A stretch of 14,764 bases of DNA, taken from a bacterium (GTDB lineage: Bacteria > UBP7 > UBA6624 > JBBIMK01). This document shows positions 1 to 7,084 of the stretch, one piece after another; within the stretch, counting starts at the first letter, position 1, and each line of letters begins with the position of its first letter. Location of the stretch: the NCBI GenBank assembly GCA_037444445.1, contig JBBIMK010000036.1, positions 1 through 14,764 of the forward strand, in the 5' to 3' direction. Under the pieces are notes generated by a model, which saw only the letters and a program-made list of their open reading frames with translations, was not told the DNA's origin and made no database searches. The position numbers and the translations under genes were made by a program.

Positions 1-8
1 TTGGATGG

Positions 9-320
9 ATGTTCATTAGCCAAACCCTGTCAAGTTTACATAGAGAGATTATAGGTCAGTTGAGGATCTTCTTCTTTGGTTTTGGGTTGGCTTTGGGTAC
101 AGAATTTATGTCTCTGAAAGAAATTGTCGGCGGTGACCCCAATGCTCTTAAACTCTATCAATCGTTCCGTGACCCTCATAGTGCTTTTGATATTGCTTCC
201 AGGCAATATGCTTTTATGACAATTGGTCCGGTTTCACCTCTTTCATTTGCGGGCACCCCTCTTTTTCTTACTGCGTTTAATACTCCTGAAGAATTTCTTA
301 GAATAAATAGATTAGGCTGA
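9..320 (+). CDS. hypothetical protein; the frame is open to the window edge (pos 3), so this is either the 3' end of a longer gene or a ~70-aa product from ATG 108 (MSLKEIVGGDPNALK...)
   Basis: Only long ORF on either strand in 1-690. Residues after ATG 108 look protein-like; the upstream F/G/L-rich part less so. No motif recognised and no clear SD before 108. Confidence 0.3.
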   Translation: MFISQTLSSLHREIIGQLRIFFFGFGLALGTEFMSLKEIVGGDPNALKLYQSFRDPHSAFDIASRQYAFMTIGPVSPLSFAGTPLFLTAFNTPEEFLRINRLG

Positions 321-384
321 GTCTATTCATAACAAAATTAAAAACCATCTATATATTATCAACAACGGCTATGTCAGCAATTTT

Positions 385-414
385 TTGAACAAGGTAATCA
401 GTACACGGTATAAA
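385..414 (+). promoter_or_regulatory. sigma70-like promoter candidate: TTGAAC, 18-nt spacer, TATAAA
   Basis: TTGAAC at 385-390, 18-nt spacer, TATAAA at 409-414. It would give a near-leaderless transcript for ATG 424. Confidence 0.25.
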
Positions 415-627
415 GACTGGCAAATGGTGAGAGGGGCTTTCCATATCCCTTCAGACTCCCTGGTAATAGAAAAGACTGAAATCCAGTTAATCGCCCGGAA
501 GAAGGGAACTTATAAGTCTAAATTCGTGATAGAACCCCCCCCGATTTATTTTCGCTTTAGTGGTAGCGATGGGAGCAGGCGTAGAGAGAGGGAACAGTCA
601 TTCTCTCTTTTATTTACACAGCCTTAA
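385..627 (+). CDS. doubtful small ORF (67 aa if started at ATG 424), unknown function
   Basis: The track's TTG start at 385 coincides with a -35-like TTGAAC. ATG 424 lies ~10 nt after a TATAAA box. The ORF contains a C8 run (535-542) and a hairpin plus T-tract inside its 3' end. No family recognised. Confidence 0.15.
   Translation: MNKVISTRYKDWQMVRGAFHIPSDSLVIEKTEIQLIARKKGTYKSKFVIEPPPIYFRFSGSDGSRRREREQSFSLLFTQP
583..616 (+). terminator. weak intrinsic-terminator-like hairpin
   Basis: AGAGAGA (583-589) pairs with TCTCTCT (602-608) across a 12-nt loop, followed by TTTATTTA. The stem is GA/TC only, so stability is low. Confidence 0.2.
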
Positions 628-692
628 TCTTTTTATATAAATCAAGGGTAGGCGCAGTTTCACTACCTGATTCAAGAGTATAACTGCCATTT

Positions 693-1370
693 CTACTTCC
701 TTATTTTATCCATAATTTCACGCGCAATGGTCAAAAATTTGTTTTTCAACTCACTAACATTTACTTCAACGAGCATATCTACAGGCCATTGACTAATCTC
801 ATCAGGAAATTCACCAACCTCTTTGAGGGCAACGCTGAGCCAATAAAGGTCAAAACCAGGGTCCTTTTGTTTTGCCATTCTGAGCAAATTTTCTATTGGC
901 TCAGTTTTCAAAATGAAGAATAAGTCAATGGCATCTCTATGTTTCTATCACCCAAAGAAGGTCAGGAGTTTATCTACCACAAGGTCCTGGTAGTCATTTA
1001 TCTTAACCCCGAACTCTGAAAGATGTGGCTCCTGAAAGCGAAAGGGTGGGTCGTGAGCAAAGTGAAGCCGCACACTTTCGCTTTCTTTATGGACTTCAAA
1101 CTCAACAGAGGATTCAAACCTGCGAATAACATTAAACGTGTATTGATGACGTCGCAAAATCCCCTCGAAAGTTCTGGTAAATGGGATAATAAAGTCCATT
1201 TCGCATGTGAAGAAATCCAGGTCGTAGGAACAGCGATGCCTCAAATAAAACTCTGCCAGGGCTGTGCCTCCTGTTAGATAAAAGGAAGATGCCTGACTTA
1301 TCTTCCCGAATTCAACTAACAGATTCCTCTGAATGGGCGTAAGGATTCCTTTACCCTTTAGTATGTGCAA
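693..1370 (-). pseudogene. nucleotidyltransferase AbiEii/AbiGii (DUF1814) family toxin, interrupted by tandem in-frame stops TGA-TAG (945-950)
   Basis: The N-terminal part has the family motif FYLTGGTALAEFYLRHRCSYDLDFF. Track ORFs 948..1370 and 693..911 share one frame (1370-911=459). The minus-strand read-through gives ...DKLLTFFG-*-*-KHRDAIDLFFILKTEPIE..., with the expected R-D..DL motif after the stops. Confidence 0.8.
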
Positions 1371-1578
1371 AATAATCCTCCCATAGTCTACGCACCCTAC
1401 CTGGCAAGTTAAGTTCAGGGAGTAGTCTCCTCACTTCATCCCAGTTCAATTCAGCGATATCCTCTGCCCTACCATGGCTTAACACTTGTTCAATATACCA
1501 TTTCCTCTGCCGTGGATCGTCAAGGTCAATCTCTTTGTCTGTTGACCAGACAATGTATCTTTTCGGCTTGATCTTCAT
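1351..1578 (-). CDS. small conserved partner protein of AbiEii-type nucleotidyltransferases (DUF6922-like as I recall it), putative antitoxin
   Basis: 75 aa. AGGAGG lies 7 nt upstream of ATG 1578, and the gene overlaps the toxin start by 20 nt. The pattern IVWSTDKEIDLDD...IEQVLSHG...NWDEV...RVRRLWEDYF matches small proteins usually found just upstream of DUF1814 genes (from memory, not searched). Confidence 0.7.
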   Translation of the reverse strand: MKIKPKRYIVWSTDKEIDLDDPRQRKWYIEQVLSHGRAEDIAELNWDEVRRLLPELNLPGRVRRLWEDYFAHTKG

Positions 1579-1579
1579 C

Positions 1580-1660
1580 TTATCGCCTCCTGCCTTTAAC
1601 CCAGTATTTTTCTTTCAGTTCTTCCTTGTGTTTTACCAATATACGATATGAAGAGTTCAT
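1580..1660 (-). CDS. mini-ORF, 26 aa (MNSSYRILVKHKEELKEKYWVKGRRR), unverified
   Basis: Its ATG overlaps the stop of the upstream mini-ORF as ATGA. Its TAA ends 1 nt before the antitoxin ATG. Too short to judge coding potential. Confidence 0.12.
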   Translation of the reverse strand: MNSSYRILVKHKEELKEKYWVKGRRR

Positions 1661-1758
1661 ATTTCAAGTTCTCCGGAATCTCCACTACCCAGAACACCGA
1701 GGATTCTTTCCTCTAAAGGTTTTTGGGCTTTCTTAAACTTTTCAATATCAATGGGCAC
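1657..1758 (-). CDS. mini-ORF, 33 aa (VPIDIEKFKKAQKPLEERILGVLGSGDSGELEI), unverified
   Basis: GTG start at 1758 sits 10 nt downstream of AAAAGGAGG (1769-1777 on the + strand) and just downstream of an extended -10 box. Confidence 0.2.
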   Translation of the reverse strand: MPIDIEKFKKAQKPLEERILGVLGSGDSGELEI

Positions 1759-1792
1759 CTTTCCCTTACCTCCTTTTCAATCTCCAAGTGTG

Positions 1793-1801
1793 ATTATACC
1801 A
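1793..1801 (-). promoter_or_regulatory. extended -10 promoter element TGGTATAAT for the minus-strand cassette
   Basis: The reverse complement of 1793-1801 reads TGGTATAAT (TGnTATAAT). There is no good -35. It sits ~20 nt upstream of the strong SD of the first mini-ORF. Confidence 0.4.
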
Positions 1802-1861
1802 CGATGGGGGCAGGTGCGGAGAACGGGCAAATTTTCTGGAGGGAGGGATTTCGGTGCTGAG

Positions 1862-2932
1862 TTACCTATCGGCGGTTTTTGTGTAGCCGACGCCGGGCTC
1901 TTTCCGCACCAGGCCTTTGAGTTCCAGAAGGGTCAATTGCCCCATCACGATGCCGATGGATTGCCCCAGGGATTGAGCCAGCTCTTCTACCTGACGAGGG
2001 GCATCTGTGAGAAGGGCAAGGATGGCAGATTCTTCCGAAGTAAGAGAAACCGCCTCTTTTTTCTTCTGAATGGCGAAATCCAGCCCGAACTCGGTGAGGA
2101 TGTCTTCTACGGAGGTGACGAGTTTTGCCTGCCCATCCCGGATGAGGTGATGGGTTCCTCGGCTCTGCCTGGAATCAATTCTGCCTGGAATGGCGAACAC
2201 TTCACGCCCCTGGTCCAGGGCGGATCTGGCGGTGGTGAGGGCACCGCTCTTCTCCGGTGCTTCCACAATCAGCACTCCCCGGCATAGCCCGCTGATGATG
2301 CGATTCCTCGCCGGGAAGTTGTAGTAATCCGGCTGTGTGTCAGGGGGGTATTCTGAAAGCACTCCACCACTGTCCCGGATTTTCTCAAACAGGAGTTTAT
2401 GCTCTGGCGGGTAAATGACATCCAGCCCCGAGCCCAGAACCGCATAAGTTTTTCCTTTCGCTTCCAGGGCGCCAGTATGGGCTTCTTTATCAATTCCTCT
2501 CGCCATCCCACTGACAATCTCGCATCCCGCTTCCACCAGTTCCTGAGAGAATCGCCGGGCGATGTCCCTTCCGTAAGCGGTGGGAAGCCTCGTGCCCACG
2601 ATGGCGAAAAGAAAAGCCTCCTGAGACGGTAATTCCCCCTGATAAAATAACCCGGTGGGAGGTAAAGGAATTTCTTTCAACAAGGCTGGATATTCCGGGT
2701 CGTAGAGGGAGACAAATTTTTGTCCTTTCTTTTCCAGCAGGGTCTGACAGTCTTCCGGGGAAAGCACCCGGGCGGGAGGGGGGAAATTCAGGGAGCCAGA
2801 CAGGGAGTTGCGATTCTTCCACGCCTCACCGGCTGAGCCAGTGATTTCAGTGGCTCGCCGAATAAAAGTGTCAGTATATCCGGAAAGTTTCAACGCCAGA
2901 AGGTAGAGGCTATCTTTCTCCGAACCAGGCAT
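1862..2932 (-). CDS. dprA: DNA-processing protein DprA (Smf)
   Basis: 356 aa with the Rossmann-like core GMARGIDKEAHTGALEAKGKTYAVLGSGLDVIYPPEH...NFPARNRIISGL...VEAPEKSGALTTARSALDQGREVFAIPG, plus a C-terminal winged-helix tail. AAGGAGAGG lies upstream of the ATG. Confidence 0.95.
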   Translation of the reverse strand: MPGSEKDSLYLLALKLSGYTDTFIRRATEITGSAGEAWKNRNSLSGSLNFPPPARVLSPEDCQTLLEKKGQKFVSLYDPEYPALLKEIPLPPTGLFYQGELPSQEAFLFAIVGTRLPTAYGRDIARRFSQELVEAGCEIVSGMARGIDKEAHTGALEAKGKTYAVLGSGLDVIYPPEHKLLFEKIRDSGGVLSEYPPDTQPDYYNFPARNRIISGLCRGVLIVEAPEKSGALTTARSALDQGREVFAIPGRIDSRQSRGTHHLIRDGQAKLVTSVEDILTEFGLDFAIQKKKEAVSLTSEESAILALLTDAPRQVEELAQSLGQSIGIVMGQLTLLELKGLVRKEPGVGYTKTADR

Positions 2933-3890
2933 GGAAGGTGACCTCTCCTTTCGTATAGGGAGGAGGAATCCTCAGAACCCGGAAGAGGGCGGAGAAATTA
3001 TGAACCTGCGTCCGGCTCTCCACGATGGACAGCCCTCTCGCCATCCCTTCCACGATTAGCCGATGGATAAGATTTTCCCACAGATATTTCGCCCGGGGAT
3101 GGGGAATTAAGGCAATCAATTCCAGAACCCCCACCTTCTCATCGGAAAAGGCATTGAACTCTTCATCAATGTAGAAAGTGTGGAAGCCGATGGGGCGCCC
3201 CTCAAAGGAAACGAGGGCCATACCGCCGCGTTTACCGAGGGCGGCGTTGACTGCCCACTCTTGATGAAACAGATTGGCTCGCTCCGTCGGAATATGCGGG
3301 TCCCGATGGAAGCGGTCCTTCGTGAACGCCATCCCTGCCACCCGACGGATAAAAGGCAAATCTTCCTCCGTGGGCAGGCGAACCTCACAGGTTTCCGGAG
3401 CCTCAAACAGCGTATCCATCTTTGAAGAATAGGCATACAAAAGCGTGGATTCCATCCACCGAAACCCTCCGGCTTCCAGTGAATGGGCGGCGCACAGGTC
3501 CCGCGCATCCAGCCTGCAGTCCACAAACTGCACTCCCCGCTCCCGGAGCCAGCGGATAGCCTCCCGCAGAAGTGCCTCGCCGGCTGAAGTGCCCTCTGCA
3601 TACTCCGCCGACAGAAGAAAGTCTGAAATCCGAGCCGATGGAACTCCCAGCACTTCCGTATCCCAGGGAAGGGAATGGAGGGATAGAACACCCAGGATTT
3701 TGCCCCTTTCCTCCGCAACCCAGATTCCTCCTTCCGGATTTTCTGCCTGTTTTTGAAAACGATGCTGGTAATAATGGATAAGAGCATCCTGTTTCATCGG
3801 CCGGATATATTGATATTTCTTGAAAGGGTAAGTTTTCAGGAAGGCAGTTAGAAGGCCTTTTTCCACTTGCTTTAGTGAGTGGATTTCCAT
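2910..3890 (-). CDS. tandem-domain GNAT family N-acyltransferase
   Basis: Two GNAT-like halves (...WVAEERGKILGVLSL...GEALLREAIRWLRERGV... and ...ALVSFEGRPIGFHTFYID...LIHRLIVEGMARGL...). ATG at 3890; the track's first M is a TTG at 3893. The gene overlaps the dprA start by 23 nt. Confidence 0.8.
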   Translation of the reverse strand: MEIHSLKQVEKGLLTAFLKTYPFKKYQYIRPMKQDALIHYYQHRFQKQAENPEGGIWVAEERGKILGVLSLHSLPWDTEVLGVPSARISDFLLSAEYAEGTSAGEALLREAIRWLRERGVQFVDCRLDARDLCAAHSLEAGGFRWMESTLLYAYSSKMDTLFEAPETCEVRLPTEEDLPFIRRVAGMAFTKDRFHRDPHIPTERANLFHQEWAVNAALGKRGGMALVSFEGRPIGFHTFYIDEEFNAFSDEKVGVLELIALIPHPRAKYLWENLIHRLIVEGMARGLSIVESRTQVHNFSALFRVLRIPPPYTKGEVTFHAWFGER

Positions 3891-4010
3891 CAACCCTTTT
3901 TCTCCTCGTGTTCGCTACCATTATATCAGATGAGGGATTTTCAGGAATGGGCAACCGCAAGGGAGAGTTCTTACATTCCTGGAAGTTTAGATAAAATAGA
4001 GGATGTGGAA

Positions 4011-5663
4011 ATGAGGGAGTGGTTACAACTGGCAGTCACCTGGCCGTGGCCGCGGGTGCCTCTGCCTTTGTTTCCGGTGGTTCTCTTTCAACTTCCTCTT
4101 TTGATTTTTTACTCCTTCCTGCGGATGCTGTCAGCCTATTTATTGGCTTTGATATTTTCTTTGACTTATGGGATCCTGGCGGCATCTCATCCGAAGAGGG
4201 AGCGATGGATGATTCCCCTGCTGGATATTCTGCAATCGGTGCCGGTGCTGGGTTTTTTTCCCGCGGCGATTTACTTTTTTATTGCTCTCACGGGTGGTGG
4301 GCGTCCCGCCGTGGAACTGGCTTCTGTTTTCCTCATCTTTACTTCTATGGCGTGGAATATGGCTTTTGGCGTGTATGAATCTATCAAAACTTTGCCCAGA
4401 GAGCATCGGGAAGCGATGGACTCCTTCGGTGCAGGCCCACTACTAAAATTCACTCGCCTCATCTTCCCCGCCTGCATTCCCAAACTGGTATTTAACAGCA
4501 TGATGTCCTGGGCTGGAGGATGGTATTTTCTGATTGCCTGCGAAATCATCTCTTTAGGTCCTGTCAATATAGAGTTATCGGGGCTGGGAACTTTCCTTTC
4601 TCAATCGGTGCAAAAGGGGCAAATCGCTTACACAGTTCTCGGGATACTCCTGCTGGCGCTGGTGATATTCGGGATGGATGTGATGGTGTGGCGTCCTTTT
4701 GTGGTCTGGTCGCAGAAATTCCGTTTTGAGACCGGACCCGCTGAAGCCGGGTATGAGCGTTCCCTGATTCTCAACTGGCTACGGCGGAGCGAACGGATAA
4801 GAAAGCTTCGCCGGCAGGCTCGTCTTTTCTTCTCGGCTCTGTTTGTAAAGGTGCAGAAACTCGTGGTGTGGATGAGCCGATTTCTGAAGGGGCAACCGGG
4901 ATCCACCATCCGGGTAGCCCTTCGGGCTCTGCTCTGGGGCGGTCTGTTGATTCTCCTCTCCTTTGCCGTGGTCTACCTGTTCGTTCTGTTCACCGGTTCA
5001 GGGTCTCCCGATGCAAAGAGGATACCTGTGGCGCTCCTGTGGTCTTTCGGCCGGGTTCTGGTTGCCTATGCCCTTTCCGTAGCCTGGACCCTTCCTCTCG
5101 CCCTCTGGGCGGGAGAACATCCCCGGCTGTTCCGAGTATTAACGCCGGTGGCGGAAATCGGTGCCAGCCTCCCAGCCACCGCCTTCTTTCCCTTCATCGT
5201 TCTCCTCACTGTGGAGGGATTTGGAGGGATGAACCTATCTTCTATTCTCCTGATTATGACCGGAATGCAGTGGTATCTCTTATTCAATCTATTGGCGGGA
5301 GTCCAAAGCATTCCGAGGGATTTGCGGGAAGTGTCAGCATCCCTCGGGCTCCCTCGCCACCTTTACTGGAAGAAAATTGCGCTTCCCGCCATCTTGCCCT
5401 CTCTCATTACGGGTTCCATCACAGGGTGGGGAGGGGGCTTTAACGCCTTAATTGTTTCCGAATATGTGGTTTATAAAGGGCAGATTCACAGCGTGCCGGG
5501 AATTGGCTCTTTGCTGGATTATGCCACCTATGAGCAGGTGGACACGGTTTTGATGATACTCGCTCTCGCCGCTATGATGGGGATGATTCTTCTTTTGAAC
5601 CGGCTGGTCTGGCGTCGCTTTTATCAACTGGCCACCACTCGGTATAAAATAGAATATGGATGA
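4011..5663 (+). CDS. ABC transporter permease with duplicated transmembrane domain (NitT/TauT-like, COG4986-type)
   Basis: Two BPD_transp_1-like halves, each with an EAA-type loop (ESIKTLPREHREAMDSFGAGP... and GVQSIPRDLREVSASLGLP...). The start is uncertain: GTG 3879 overlaps the divergent GNAT gene, ATG 3930 has no SD, and ATG 4011 has GAGGA 8 nt upstream. Confidence 0.9.
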   Translation: MREWLQLAVTWPWPRVPLPLFPVVLFQLPLLIFYSFLRMLSAYLLALIFSLTYGILAASHPKRERWMIPLLDILQSVPVLGFFPAAIYFFIALTGGGRPAVELASVFLIFTSMAWNMAFGVYESIKTLPREHREAMDSFGAGPLLKFTRLIFPACIPKLVFNSMMSWAGGWYFLIACEIISLGPVNIELSGLGTFLSQSVQKGQIAYTVLGILLLALVIFGMDVMVWRPFVVWSQKFRFETGPAEAGYERSLILNWLRRSERIRKLRRQARLFFSALFVKVQKLVVWMSRFLKGQPGSTIRVALRALLWGGLLILLSFAVVYLFVLFTGSGSPDAKRIPVALLWSFGRVLVAYALSVAWTLPLALWAGEHPRLFRVLTPVAEIGASLPATAFFPFIVLLTVEGFGGMNLSSILLIMTGMQWYLLFNLLAGVQSIPRDLREVSASLGLPRHLYWKKIALPAILPSLITGSITGWGGGFNALIVSEYVVYKGQIHSVPGIGSLLDYATYEQVDTVLMILALAAMMGMILLLNRLVWRRFYQLATTRYKIEYG

Positions 5664-6412
5664 GCACGATTCTACGCCTGGAACATATTTATAAATCTTT
5701 TCCTATGCCGCAGGGGGAACTTCTGGTGCTGGAAGATGTGAACCTGGAAGTTCAAGAGGGTGAGTTCATAGCGATTGTTGGAGCCTCCGGTGGTGGGAAA
5801 AGTACCCTTTTGCGAATTATCCAGGGCATCATTCCGCCTGCCTCGGGGTATGTGTGGCACAGAGGGAAAAAGCAGAATGGAGTGAACCTCGGATGTGCGA
5901 TGGTGTTTCAGACCTTTGCCCTCGTTCCCTGGCTCACGGTTATGCAGAATGTTCTGTTAGGCCTGGAGGCAAGAGGTGTAGAAGAGCCAGAACGCTCCCG
6001 CAGGGCGAACTTTTATATTGATAAGGTGGGCCTGGAAGGATTTGAAGAGGCTTACCCCCGGGAACTCTCCGGTGGGATGAAGCAAAGAGTGGGCTTTGCA
6101 CGTGCTCTGGCGGTAGAGCCGGAAATCCTCCTTTTAGATGAGCCCTTTTCCAGCCTGGATGCCCTCACCGCCCTCAGCCTCCGGGAGGAACTCATTGACA
6201 TCTGGAATGATGAAAAACTCCCGGTTAGCACGGTGATTATGGTGACTCATCTGCTGGAAGAGGCGGTGGAACTGGCAGACCGGGTGATTGTGATGAAAAC
6301 CCATCCAGGACGGATTCAGGAAGATGTGCCCATTCCTCTCCCTCGCCCCAGAGAGCGAAAATCCCCGGAATTTGAAAACCTCGTGGACGAAATTTTCTCC
6401 CGTATCGCATGA
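5660..6412 (+). CDS. ABC transporter ATP-binding protein (nitrate/sulfonate/bicarbonate NitT/TauT family type)
   Basis: Walker A GASGGGKST, signature LSGGMKQRV, Walker B ILLLDEPFSSLD and an H-loop VTH. ATGA overlap with the permease stop. Confidence 0.95.
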   Translation: MSTILRLEHIYKSFPMPQGELLVLEDVNLEVQEGEFIAIVGASGGGKSTLLRIIQGIIPPASGYVWHRGKKQNGVNLGCAMVFQTFALVPWLTVMQNVLLGLEARGVEEPERSRRANFYIDKVGLEGFEEAYPRELSGGMKQRVGFARALAVEPEILLLDEPFSSLDALTALSLREELIDIWNDEKLPVSTVIMVTHLLEEAVELADRVIVMKTHPGRIQEDVPIPLPRPRERKSPEFENLVDEIFSRIA

Positions 6413-6450
6413 TGAATTACGATATAATCATCAGGAGGTAGGCAAAATAT

Positions 6451-6930
6451 ATGGAAGTGTATCCAATTCCCAGAGCGGTCATCAGCCATATCCTGGGGTT
6501 TCTTGAAGTCCTGGACGACCGGGGAGGGAAAGAGGACATTTATAAACTGGCAAATGACTTAAAGGTTGAACTGGGGGAGATACTGAACCTCATCAAAGCT
6601 GCTGAAATCTTCGGTTTCGTGGAAACTCCTGGCGGAGATGTGATTCTCCGGGGGGCAGGCAAACATCTGATTGAAGCGGATGTGAACACCAAAAAGAAGA
6701 TGATAAAGTCGGTCCTGAAATCCCTGCCTCTGTTCACTTATTTCATTCACTTTCTGGAAGGGAAAGAAGAGAAGAAAACGGATAGGAGGGAAGTATTAAA
6801 AATCCTCAAACGGCTCCTGCCCAATGAAAATCCCGCGAAGGTATTTCAGACCCTCGTGGATTGGGGGCGGTATGCCGAACTCTTCGGCTACAACCCCGAC
6901 GACGACTCCTTCTACCTGGATACTCTGTAA
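6451..6930 (+). CDS. stand-alone AAA-associated C-terminal domain protein (PF09821/COG4754-like)
   Basis: 159 aa, with AGGAGG upstream. It resembles the domain often fused to the C-terminus of NitT/TauT-type ATPases, with two winged-helix-like halves (LGEILNLIKAAEIFGFVE..., ...LVDWGRYAELFGY). Assigned from memory of the family. Confidence 0.7.
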   Translation: MEVYPIPRAVISHILGFLEVLDDRGGKEDIYKLANDLKVELGEILNLIKAAEIFGFVETPGGDVILRGAGKHLIEADVNTKKKMIKSVLKSLPLFTYFIHFLEGKEEKKTDRREVLKILKRLLPNENPAKVFQTLVDWGRYAELFGYNPDDDSFYLDTL

Positions 6931-7084
6931 TCCAGCACCCAGGTACAACCAGGTCCTTTTCTCCACCGACAAGAAAATGCTAAAGGGGGTTAACCGCCTG
7001 CGTTCCCGCTTCCCTTTTACCCATCCTTTCCCTCACTCCTCATTCCACTTTGCACTCCCTCAACAGGGGGGTTGAAAAATCTCG

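Noticed and set aside
945-950. Stop-codon reassignment (TGA or TAG read as sense) as the explanation for the tandem stops in the AbiEii-like gene
   Set aside because: TGA ends gap, pgk, tpiA, the SEDS gene, the permease, the ATPase and xer at the positions homology predicts. TAG ends the GNAT gene. The window therefore uses the standard code.
1023-1277. 84-aa + strand ORF
   Set aside because: It is antisense to the well-supported nucleotidyltransferase gene, with no motif and no SD. Shadow ORF.
1751-2287. 178-aa + strand ORF
   Set aside because: It lies antisense to dprA and runs across the cassette promoter region. Its composition is G/P/R-rich and low-complexity, typical of a shadow frame in GC-rich coding DNA.
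3116-3960. Minus-strand ORFs 3116..3787 and 3403..3960, and + ORFs 3180..3425, 3445..3756 and 3572..3781
   Set aside because: These are alternative or antisense frames of the GNAT gene, which has recognisable domain structure. They are R/S/P/G-rich with no motifs.
3879-4010. Upstream extension of the permease to GTG 3879 (or ATG 3930)
   Set aside because: GTG 3879 overlaps the 5' end of the divergently transcribed GNAT gene. Neither upstream start has an SD, whereas ATG 4011 has GAGGA at good spacing. The start remains uncertain.
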